Of a DNA stretch of 64,000 bases, positions 38,163-46,210 are shown in pieces. The first letter of the stretch is position 1; each line of letters opens with the position of its first letter. This stretch comes from Gammaproteobacteria bacterium. GTDB taxonomy: Bacteria; Pseudomonadota; Gammaproteobacteria; Ga0077536. The notes under the pieces were generated by a model. The model did no database searches. It was not told the DNA's origin and saw nothing but the letters and a program-made list of their open reading frames with translations. The position numbers and the translations under genes were made by a program. The stretch is taken from positions 44,674 through 108,673 of the forward strand of contig JBFXAQ010000013.1 in NCBI GenBank assembly GCA_050184115.1, in the 5' to 3' direction.

Positions 38163-39053
38163 TCACGCGCTCATCGAGGCGGCGAGTTCGATGACTTCGC
38201 GCGCGGTGGCGACGTGGGCGATGTCGATGTGCTCGCCGTCGTACATGCACGAAGCCCGGCCTTCGGCGACCGCTTTCTCGTGCGCTTCGATCATGCCCCG
38301 GTAGTAGGCGACCTCGTCGGCCGAGGGGCTGAAGGCCTGGTTGGCGATGGCGACGTTGGAGGGATGCAGCAACAGTTCGCCGGTCATGCCGAGTTCGCGG
38401 CTGGCAAGGAGAAAGTCGCGCAGGCCGTCGAGGTTCTTGACCTGCTGCCAGATGCCGCCGATGGGCAGCTTGCCGGCGGCACGCGCGGCCATCACCACGC
38501 GCGACTTGAAGTACAGCGATTCGCGCCCGCCGGCCGTCCACACGTAGCCGAGGGCGCGTTCGGTGTCGGCGTTCTTCGCCGTCGCGCCGACCAGGAAGGC
38601 GACGCGGTCGATCTGCGCGATCTCGTAGCAGAGTTCCATCGAGCGCGCCGTCTCGAGCAGCGGCGCGACCCGCGTGGTACCTATCGCCATGCCCTGGCGG
38701 AACTCGGCCTCGGCCAGCATCATCGAGATGCAATGGACGTCCTCGGGGCCGTTGGTCTTGGAGATGAACACACCTTCGAGATGCGGGCCGACGACGGCGA
38801 GGACGTCGTCGAAGTCGTACATGTGCGGGCTGCGGTTGACGCGCACCCAGGTGCGCTGACCCTGCGCGGCCAGCCACGGCAGCTTGTCGGTGACGATGGC
38901 GCGCGCTTCGAGCTTCTGGTCCAGCGGCACGCTGTCCTCGAGGTCGAGGATGAGGGCATCGGCGCCGGCTCCGACCGCCTTCTCGATCATCGAGGCCTTG
39001 TTGCCGGGCACGAACAGGAAGGATCGGACACGTTTCGTCGTTGCGGTGCTCAT
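38163..39053 (-). CDS. HpcH/HpaI aldolase / citrate-lyase-beta (CitE)-like CoA-ester lyase (citramalyl/malyl-CoA lyase family)
   Basis: RSFLFVPGNK...ADALILDLEDSV...ISKTNGPEDV motifs of CitE-like lyases. RBS GAGGAG. Confidence 0.8.
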   Translation of the reverse strand: MSTATTKRVRSFLFVPGNKASMIEKAVGAGADALILDLEDSVPLDQKLEARAIVTDKLPWLAAQGQRTWVRVNRSPHMYDFDDVLAVVGPHLEGVFISKTNGPEDVHCISMMLAEAEFRQGMAIGTTRVAPLLETARSMELCYEIAQIDRVAFLVGATAKNADTERALGYVWTAGGRESLYFKSRVVMAARAAGKLPIGGIWQQVKNLDGLRDFLLASRELGMTGELLLHPSNVAIANQAFSPSADEVAYYRGMIEAHEKAVAEGRASCMYDGEHIDIAHVATAREVIELAASMSA

Positions 39054-39349
39054 CGGTTGCGGTACTCCTCTGCGGGCGTGGTGCGCAGCACCCGGGTGGC
39101 GCAATGCACGTCGTCAAAGCTAGCGAGCCCTACCGCGTGCGCCAAGCGCAAAGTGGAGAAACGGGGATTCTTCGATGGCGAAGTCGTGGCCGCGCCGGTG
39201 CGCGGCACGATTCGCGTTCGGCGAAGCAGGCGGTTTCGAATCGGCAATTGCCAGCCGTGCGGTCGCTTCCTAAGCTGCGCCAGGTGGTTGTGCCGACGCC
39301 AAGCCCGACCGGCCAACGAACAATCCCGGGAGCCGCACTCTTGAGCGCC

Positions 39350-40756
39350 ATGCAAGCCGTTTCGAGCCCCACGCCAGATTGCCCGCCGCTCGAAGCGGCG
39401 GTGGTCGGCCTCGTCCAGAACCTGGCCTTCGAGCATCTCGACGCGGCGGCCCACGCCGGGGTCAACCGCCTCATGCGCGACCAGCTCGCGCTGCAGGTCG
39501 GCATCGCGCAGATGCCGTGGTCGCAGCAGCTCCTCGCCTACGCCCGCGCCCAGCTCCGCCCCGGGACGAGCCGGGTGGTCGCGAGCGACCTTACCCTGGC
39601 GCCCGCCGATGCCGCCTTCGTCAACGCGAGCTACGGCCACGGGTTCGAGTACGACGATGCCCACGGGCCCAGTGCCAGTCACCCTGGCAGCTGCGTGATC
39701 CCAGCCGCGCTCGCCATCGGGGAAGCACTCGACGCCACCCTCGCCGAGGTCATCACGGCGATGGTCGCCGGTTACGAGGTCTACGCGCGTATCGGCGTGC
39801 TGGCCGCGCCGGATCTCCTCAAGCGCGGTTTCCACCCGCACGCCGTCTTGTCGAACTTCGGCGCCGCGGCCGTCGCCGCACGGCTGCGCGGGCTCGACGC
39901 CGAGGCCACCCTGCATGCGCTCGCCATCGCGCTCAGCCACGCCTCGGGTACGACCGAGTACTCTTCGACCGGCGGTTCGATCAAGCGTCTGCATGCCGGC
40001 ATCGGCACCCGCAACGGCATGCTCGCCGCCGACATGGCCGCCGCCGGCATCACCGGTCCGCGCGCTTTCCTCGGTGGTAACAAGGGCTTCTTCCGCACCT
40101 TCCTGCAGCGCGGTGCGGGCGACGACGCACCGGCCGCCTTCGCCCTCGAGCGGCCGTTCGAAGTCGGCACGGCGTGGCTCAAGGCCTATTGCGCCTGCTA
40201 TTGCACGCATGCCTACATCGACGCCCTGCGCCCGTTCGCCGCGCGGGTCGACGCAGTGAGCGCGATCGAAGCGCGCATCCACCCGGCGTTCGACGTCGTC
40301 GTCGGTTCCGGCAATGCCAACGCCTACCGACCCCGCAACATCGAGCAGGTCCAGTTCAGCCTGCCGGCGCAAGCCGCCTTCACCCTGCTCGGATACGGCA
40401 ATGGTTACCGTGTCCATCGCGACTACCTCGACGGCAAGCTGGACATGGGCCCGGTGCTCGAGCTGGCCGAGCGCGTTGCCATCACGGCCGCGCCGGATCT
40501 CGAGGCGCGCTACCCGGGCAAGTTCGTCGCCGACGTCACCGTGCGCTTCCGCGACGGCGGTGCGGAGCAGGTTTTCGTCGAGGACCCCATCGGCACCGAC
40601 CTCAACCCGATGCCGGCGGCCGAGCAGGATGCCAAGTTCCTCGAACTGACCACCGACGTGCTCGGCGCCGGGCGCGCCGAGGCCCTGCTGGGCGTGCTCC
40701 ACGATCTCGACCCAACGATGCGCGTGAGCGATCTCATGGCCATGTGCATGCCCTGA
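39350..40756 (+). CDS. MmgE/PrpD-family protein
   Basis: 468 aa collinear with 2-methylcitrate-dehydratase/IRG1-family proteins (GHGFEYDDAHGPSASHPGS...). The start is uncertain: first in-frame ATG after a distant GGGAG. Divergent from the CitE-like gene. Confidence 0.75.
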   Translation: MQAVSSPTPDCPPLEAAVVGLVQNLAFEHLDAAAHAGVNRLMRDQLALQVGIAQMPWSQQLLAYARAQLRPGTSRVVASDLTLAPADAAFVNASYGHGFEYDDAHGPSASHPGSCVIPAALAIGEALDATLAEVITAMVAGYEVYARIGVLAAPDLLKRGFHPHAVLSNFGAAAVAARLRGLDAEATLHALAIALSHASGTTEYSSTGGSIKRLHAGIGTRNGMLAADMAAAGITGPRAFLGGNKGFFRTFLQRGAGDDAPAAFALERPFEVGTAWLKAYCACYCTHAYIDALRPFAARVDAVSAIEARIHPAFDVVVGSGNANAYRPRNIEQVQFSLPAQAAFTLLGYGNGYRVHRDYLDGKLDMGPVLELAERVAITAAPDLEARYPGKFVADVTVRFRDGGAEQVFVEDPIGTDLNPMPAAEQDAKFLELTTDVLGAGRAEALLGVLHDLDPTMRVSDLMAMCMP

Positions 40757-40796
40757 ACGTCGCGCCGGGTCGTCACGGCCCGATCATGCGCCCGCC

Positions 40797-41867
40797 TCAG
40801 AACTCGAACACCGCCTTGCCGCGGGTCTGTTTGTCGAACTCGGCATAGGCCTGCGCGGCGTCCTCCAGCTGCCAGCGATCGCTGAACAGGCGGTCGACGT
40901 CGATGCCGTGGTCGGCGACGAAGCGCACGCATTCGCCGAGACCGACGTTGGAGAACGTGTAGGAGCCGAAGATGGTGACCTGCTTGATGACGATGTCCGG
41001 CGAGGCATCGAGTTCGAGGTTGCCGCCGAGCCCGACCAGCACCACCCGGCCCCAGCGCCCGAGCGCCTTGGTCGCCGCGGCGCGCGCCGCCGGCACCCCG
41101 GCGCACTCGAGCGCGACGCTGGCGCCCTGGCCGCCGGTCAGTTCGCGGATCGCCGCCACCGGGTCGTCGTGGCTGGCATCGACGACGTGATGCGCCCCGA
41201 GCGCCTGCGCGGTGGCGAGGCGTTCGGCGGCGACGTCGACGGCGATGACCCGCGCGCCCATCACGCGTGCGAACTGGATCGCCGACTGCCCGATGGGGCC
41301 GAGGCCGAACACCGCCAGCGTGTCGAGGCCGTTGACGTCGGCGCGGCGCAGCGCGGCGAAGGCCGTGCCCGTGCCGCAGCCGATCGCGGCGCCGGCCGCA
41401 AAGCTGATTTCGTCCGGCAGGTGGACCAGGGTGTTGGCGGGGGCGAGCATGTAGTGGGCGTGTCCGCCGTGCGCGGTGGCGCCGTAGATGGTGGCGCCGG
41501 TCGCGCACATCTGTGTCCAGCCGCCGCGGCAGGAATCGCACACGCCGCAACCGCTGTAGTGGAACTGCACGACGCGGTCGCCGACCTTGAACGTGCGCGG
41601 GTCGACTCCGGTGCCGACCGCGGCGACGATGCCGCAGGGCTCGTGACCGGCGATGATCGGCGGCACCTCGGCCAGCCCGCGCGCAGCGAAGTCCTTGAAG
41701 CCGAGTGCGGCCAGCACGACCTCGGGCGGTTCGCGGTAGAATTTGAGATCGCTGCCGCAGAGGCCCGAGGCCTTGATCTCGATCACGACCTCGTTCGGGC
41801 CCGGCGTGGGGTCGGGAAAATCTCGCACCTCCAGCACGCGGTTGCCCTTGAACACCACCCCGCGCAT
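40797..41867 (-). CDS. Zinc-dependent alcohol dehydrogenase (MDR family)
   Basis: GHEPCGIV catalytic-Zn motif. Structural-Zn cysteines CGVCDSC. Rossmann GLGPIGQ. Confidence 0.9.
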   Translation of the reverse strand: MRGVVFKGNRVLEVRDFPDPTPGPNEVVIEIKASGLCGSDLKFYREPPEVVLAALGFKDFAARGLAEVPPIIAGHEPCGIVAAVGTGVDPRTFKVGDRVVQFHYSGCGVCDSCRGGWTQMCATGATIYGATAHGGHAHYMLAPANTLVHLPDEISFAAGAAIGCGTGTAFAALRRADVNGLDTLAVFGLGPIGQSAIQFARVMGARVIAVDVAAERLATAQALGAHHVVDASHDDPVAAIRELTGGQGASVALECAGVPAARAAATKALGRWGRVVLVGLGGNLELDASPDIVIKQVTIFGSYTFSNVGLGECVRFVADHGIDVDRLFSDRWQLEDAAQAYAEFDKQTRGKAVFEF

Positions 41868-42403
41868 CAGCGCACCCCCTTCATCATCGTGGCGACGACC
41901 ACGCAGGGCTCGTTGGTGCGGTTGCTCCAGATGTGCCGCACACCGCGGTTGACGATGGTGTCACCGGCCTTGAGCAGGGTTTCGGCGCCCTCGAGCACTG
42001 CGTAGACCTCGCCCGAGATCACGGTGACGACGTCGACGGTGTCGGTCTGGTGCCACAGGCCGCCGCCGTCGGCTGCCGCGGACTCGCCGTGCGCATCCTC
42101 GCCGTGGAAGGCGTCGAGGGAGGCTGCGTAGGCCGCCGGGTCGAACTCCGAGTCCGGCGGGAAAGCGGCCACACGCACGACCAGGCCCTGCGGCGGCGGG
42201 TCGATCACGGGCTCCGTGCCCAGCGTCGATGTGCCCATGAGCGGCGTCGGCAGGCGGTCGACCTGCCACAACTCGCAGACGGTGAAACCGGGCGTGGCCA
42301 CGCGCACCGCCGAATCGGCGTCGCTGACGATGGTCGATCGGCCATCCTCGTCGAGTCCCGAGACGACCAGTCGCGCCTGGGTGTCGAGGTGTGCTCCTGC
42401 CAT
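41867..42403 (-). CDS. Cupin-domain protein
   Basis: Cupin barrel (WHQTDTVDVVTVISGEVYAVLEGAETLLKAGDTIVNRGVRHIW). Paralogous to the cupin at 33769. Stop overlaps the ADH start by 1 nt. RBS AAGGAG. Confidence 0.65.
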   Translation of the reverse strand: MAGAHLDTQARLVVSGLDEDGRSTIVSDADSAVRVATPGFTVCELWQVDRLPTPLMGTSTLGTEPVIDPPPQGLVVRVAAFPPDSEFDPAAYAASLDAFHGEDAHGESAAADGGGLWHQTDTVDVVTVISGEVYAVLEGAETLLKAGDTIVNRGVRHIWSNRTNEPCVVVATMMKGVR

Positions 42404-42559
42404 GGTGGGGCTCCTTGTGCGGGTAGGGCCGGCCGCGGGGCGTGCGGGCGGATCGTGCGCAGGGCAATCTAGTTTTCACCGCCCGGGCTGCCAAGCGTCG
42501 ATCGAAGAAGCACGGATTCTCCGAACGCGAAGGCTCGGTTCGTCGACGACGGAGCCGGC

Positions 42560-42650
42560 AAGCTGGCGGAAATGGGGCGTTCGGAAAACGGCCGGAACGG
42601 GGAGGGGCGCGGAAATGGCAGAAAAATGAGTGCGTCCCCATTTTCCGCTT
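42560..42650. repeat. Hairpin-forming element GGCGGAAATGGGG ... CCCCATTTTCCGC with internal CGGAAAA/CGGAAAT direct repeats
   Basis: Seen directly in the divergent cupin / epoxide-hydrolase region. Shares the GCGGAAA(g/t)GGG motif with the palindrome at 11717-11851. Confidence 0.45.
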
Positions 42651-42734
42651 CGCCCACGAGCCCCTCGGCACCCGGCGCTGCGCAGTGGATAGCCTGCTAC
42701 CCTGCCTGCCGACCACGTCCGGGAGTACGCGACC

Positions 42735-43874
42735 ATGACCACCGACATCACCCCGTTCCGTATCGCCATACCCCAGCGCGCCCTCGACGACCTTGCGCAG
42801 CGCCTGGCGTTGACGCGCTGGCCGGAACCGGAGTTGGTCGCGGACTGGAGCCAGGGCGTGCCAGCGGCGTGGCTGCGGCGGGTATTCGACTACTGGCGGG
42901 ACGATTACGACTGGCGCGCGCGCGAGGCGGCGCTCAACCGTTTCGATCACTACACCACGCCTGTTGACGGTCTCGACATCCATTTCATCCACCAGCGCTC
43001 GCCGCACCCGGGCGCCCGACCGCTGCTGATCACGCACGGCTGGCCGGGTTCGATCGTCGAGTTCCACAAGGTCATCGAGCCGCTGGTCGACCCGGTCGCG
43101 CACGGCGGTGACGCCGCCGACGCCTTCCATGTCATCTGTCCGAGCCTGCCGGGCTACGGCTTCTCGGGTAAACCGGCGGTGCCGGGCTGGGGCGTGGAGC
43201 GCATCGCCGGGGCCTGGGCGGCGCTGATGGCCCGCCTCGGCTACTCGAGCTACCTCGCCCAGGGCGGCGACTGGGGCTCGGCGGTGACCCAGGTGCTCGG
43301 CTGGCAGGACGCCGCGCACTGCGCCGGCATCCACGTCACCCTCGCCATGAGCACGCGCCCCGCCATCGAGGGCGAACCAACGCCCGCGGAACAGCGCGCG
43401 CTCGACGGCCTCGCCTACTACCGCCAGTGGGATGCCGGTTATTCGAAGGAACAGGCGACGCGGCCGCAGACGATTGGCTATGCCCTGACCGATTCGCCGC
43501 TCGGCCAGGCGGCCTGGATCCTGGAGAAGTTCTGGGCCTGGACCGATTGCGACGGCGACCCCTTGAACGTCCTGTCGCTGGACGAACTCCTCGACAACCT
43601 CATGCTGTACTGGTTGACCGCCTCGGCGGCCTCCTCGGCGCGGCTCTACTGGCAGAGCTTCGGCCGCGTCGAGCGCAAACCCATCGAAGTGCCGACCGGG
43701 GTCGCGGTCTATCCGAAGGAGATCGTGCCGCCGGTGCGCGCCTGGATGGAGGCCGGTGACTACCGCAACATCGTGCACTGGGCGGAGATGCCGCGCGGCG
43801 GGCATTTCGCGGCCTTCGAGCAGCCGGCGCTGTACGTCGACGACGTGCGGGCGTGGGCGCGCAAACTGCGTTGA
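42735..43874 (+). CDS. Epoxide hydrolase (microsomal-EH-type N-terminal domain plus alpha/beta-hydrolase fold)
   Basis: EH_N domain (IAIPQRALDDLAQRLALTRWP). HGWPGS oxyanion motif. Nucleophile GGDWGS. Confidence 0.9.
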   Translation: MTTDITPFRIAIPQRALDDLAQRLALTRWPEPELVADWSQGVPAAWLRRVFDYWRDDYDWRAREAALNRFDHYTTPVDGLDIHFIHQRSPHPGARPLLITHGWPGSIVEFHKVIEPLVDPVAHGGDAADAFHVICPSLPGYGFSGKPAVPGWGVERIAGAWAALMARLGYSSYLAQGGDWGSAVTQVLGWQDAAHCAGIHVTLAMSTRPAIEGEPTPAEQRALDGLAYYRQWDAGYSKEQATRPQTIGYALTDSPLGQAAWILEKFWAWTDCDGDPLNVLSLDELLDNLMLYWLTASAASSARLYWQSFGRVERKPIEVPTGVAVYPKEIVPPVRAWMEAGDYRNIVHWAEMPRGGHFAAFEQPALYVDDVRAWARKLR

Positions 43875-44033
43875 AGGGCGGCGCGGCCAGTCAGCACGGC
43901 AGGCGCGGCCCGCTGCCCTGAGGATTGCTCGCCGCCGTTGCGGCGGGCGGCGTGACGCCGCACACTCCGACCACCGCGTGGCGGCCCCCGCCGGCGCCGG
44001 TTGTCGCTGTTCACCACACGAGGAGGAGCGTCC

Positions 44034-44891
44034 GTGAACCGTCTGAGCCCAGCCCTGTTCGCCACCCTGGCCCTGCTGTTACTGAGCCTCGCCGCCGTCC
44101 CGGCGCTGGCCGACGGCACCATCAAGCTCTACCAGGTCTCGAGCGGTACGCTCAAGCTCGACAAGGGCTATCTCACCGCCATGCGCGACGTCGGCAAGAT
44201 CGTCGAAGTACCGGTCGCCATGTACATCATCGATCACCCGCGCGGGCTGGTGGTCTACGACACCGGCAACAACGTCGCCGTCTCCGACGGCCAGTGCGAG
44301 CAGCACTGGGGCAAGATGTGCAGCTCGTCCTACCCGACCCAGAAGCGCGCCGACGTCATCGACAAGCAGTTGGAGCGCTTTGGCTACAAGACCAGCGACG
44401 TCAAGTACGTCATCGTCTCGCACATGCATCTCGACCACGGCGGCAACATCGAGATGTTCCCCAACGCGACCATCGTCGTGCAGAAGGACGAGATGAAGAC
44501 CGCGTGGTGGCCGGAGAAATACCAGCGCGGGGTGTTCGTGCTGGCCGATTACGACGACGCGCGTAACTTCAACTACCTGGAGCTGACCGGCGACTTCGAC
44601 CTCTTCGGCGACGGATCGCTGGTGGTGCTCGACACCAAGGGCCATACCCAGGGCCACCAGTCGCTGATGGTGAAGTTGAAGAACACCGGCACGCTGCTGC
44701 TCGCGGGTGACGCGGTCTACACGCCGGAGAACGAGGCCGGGGTGATTCCGGGCATCACCTGGAACACCTACATGTCGATGGAATCGATCAACCGCCTGAA
44801 GATGCTGCGCGATGCTCACCAGGGCGAGCTGTGGTTCTCACACGGCGCCGAGCAGTACGACCAGCACAAGCACGACGCCTACTACGACTGA
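44034..44891 (+). CDS. Secreted MBL-fold metallo-hydrolase, N-acyl-homoserine-lactonase-like
   Basis: Signal peptide VNRLSPALFATLALLLLSLAAVPALA. Zn motif SHMHLDHGG (HxHxDH). GTG start 5 nt after AGGAGGAG. The track ORF begins at an upstream TTG. Confidence 0.7.
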   Translation: MNRLSPALFATLALLLLSLAAVPALADGTIKLYQVSSGTLKLDKGYLTAMRDVGKIVEVPVAMYIIDHPRGLVVYDTGNNVAVSDGQCEQHWGKMCSSSYPTQKRADVIDKQLERFGYKTSDVKYVIVSHMHLDHGGNIEMFPNATIVVQKDEMKTAWWPEKYQRGVFVLADYDDARNFNYLELTGDFDLFGDGSLVVLDTKGHTQGHQSLMVKLKNTGTLLLAGDAVYTPENEAGVIPGITWNTYMSMESINRLKMLRDAHQGELWFSHGAEQYDQHKHDAYYD

Positions 44892-44904
44892 GCGCCCCGA
44901 TGGC

Positions 44905-44969
44905 GTCGAAAAGTAAAACGGGGTCAGGTTTGCTTTTGTGAGAGAAATAGACCTGCCCCCGCTTTCGAC
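44905..44969. terminator. Nested palindrome GTCGAAAAGtaaaacGGGGTCAGGTTTGCTTTTGTGAGAGAAATAGACCTGCCCCcGCTTTCGAC followed by CCCTTTTTACC: a likely bidirectional terminator (repeat family B)
   Basis: Sits between the convergent lactonase-like and LysR genes. The core is related to the palindrome at 17208-17254. Confidence 0.5.
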
Positions 44970-44983
44970 CCCTTTTTACCGCA

Positions 44984-45925
44984 TCACGACGGCGTGTCGG
45001 GCGTGCGCGCGGAGGCCGTGATCTGGGCGACGAAGGCCTCCGCGGCCGGTGACAGGGCCTGCCCGGCGAGGTAACCGATGCGGTAGCTGCGTTCGGCCCA
45101 CTCGCCCTCGACCGGCAGGGTCACGACCTGGTCGCGATCGTCGGCCGTGGCCATGCTGGCCGGTTGCAGGGCGACGCCGAGGCCGGCGCGTACGAGGCTG
45201 CGCGCGGCATCGACCGTGCTCACGGTGAAGCGCACGCGCGGTTCGCGGCCGACGGTGAGCGCGGCGTGGCGCAGCTGACTCATGATGGTCGTGCTCTCGC
45301 CGAGGCTGACGAGATCCTGGTCGAGCAGGTCGGCCAGGGTCACGCCGGCCGCCTGTGCGAGCGGGTGGCCGAGCGGCACCACCGCGGCAAGGCGGTCGCT
45401 GCGGCACTCGAAGCTCTCGATGCCCTCGTAGGCCGCGCCCTCGACGTGGGAGAAGAGGGCGAAATCGACCTCGCCGTCGCGCAGCGCGCGCAGCACCTCG
45501 GCATTGGTCGCGTTGAGCAGGGTGACTTCGACCTGCGGAAAGCGCTGGGCGAACTCGCCGAGTTCGCGGGCCAGGAACTGCACGATCATGATGCCCGGCG
45601 CGGCCACGCCGACATGGCCGCGCACGCCTTCGGACAATTCGGCGAGGTCGCGCCGCAGGTCCTCCAGGGTCGCCAGCATGTTGCGCACGTGGCGCTCCAC
45701 CACCCGCCCGGCCGGGCTCGGCACCACGCCGCGCGCGGAGCGATCGAAGAGCTTCAAGCCGAGCAGGTCCTCGAGATCCTGGATGCGCTTGGTCGCCGCC
45801 GAGGCGGCGAGGTGCTCGCGGAAGGCCGCGCGCCCGATCTGGCCTTCCTCGACGGCGGCGAGGAACAGTTTCAGCGTGAACAGGTCGACGCGGCGGATGA
45901 GGGACTGCACGGACAGGTTGGACAT
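44984..45925 (-). CDS. LysR-family transcriptional regulator
   Basis: N-terminal HTH (LFTLKLFLAAVEEGQIGRAAFREHLAASAATKRIQDLEDLLGLKLFDRS) followed by the LysR substrate-binding domain. Divergent from the operon at 46211. Confidence 0.9.
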   Translation of the reverse strand: MSNLSVQSLIRRVDLFTLKLFLAAVEEGQIGRAAFREHLAASAATKRIQDLEDLLGLKLFDRSARGVVPSPAGRVVERHVRNMLATLEDLRRDLAELSEGVRGHVGVAAPGIMIVQFLARELGEFAQRFPQVEVTLLNATNAEVLRALRDGEVDFALFSHVEGAAYEGIESFECRSDRLAAVVPLGHPLAQAAGVTLADLLDQDLVSLGESTTIMSQLRHAALTVGREPRVRFTVSTVDAARSLVRAGLGVALQPASMATADDRDQVVTLPVEGEWAERSYRIGYLAGQALSPAAEAFVAQITASARTPDTPS

Positions 45926-46210
45926 GACAGTGGTTGCCGTGAGGCGGGCGTCCTCGGATAGCGAGCGGCTTGCTGCGCTGCACGCATCGCACGGATTCGT
46001 CGTCGGCGAAGCAGCGCTTCGCGGGTGGGCGGTTGCCCGGCTTCGCCGCGCTCAGCAGAATGCGGTCGGAGTGCGATAGTAGCGCCATCGGTCAGCAGGA
46101 CGCGATGGCGCGCGTCCGGCGGCGCCGGGCGCTGCACGCGCGATGACGCCGCGGCCCGGCCGCACCACCCGTCATCCCGACCTTGGCCACGCAGGAGTTG
46201 ACGGTAAGCC

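Noticed and set aside
35770-38304. 844-aa plus-strand ORF and 675-aa minus-strand ORF across the CoA-transferase/ACAD region
   Set aside because: Off-frame or antisense to well-supported genes. Composition-biased translations.
36931-39117. 728-aa track ORF fusing the acyl-CoA dehydrogenase with upstream sequence
   Set aside because: The upstream 330 codons are the off-frame of the CitE-like gene. The true start is MTTATDYARA at 38121, with an RBS.
39041-39349. Upstream 103 codons of the track ORF for the first MmgE/PrpD gene
   Set aside because: The family is about 450-480 aa. The upstream part is Arg-rich, lacks an RBS, and overlaps the divergent promoter region, so I start the gene at 39350.
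46007-46021. 6-3-6 inverted repeat CGAAGCagcGCTTCG in the LysR/operon divergent region as a LysR box
   Set aside because: It does not fit the T-N11-A LysR consensus cleanly and short GC-rich palindromes are frequent here. Mentioned only as a possibility.
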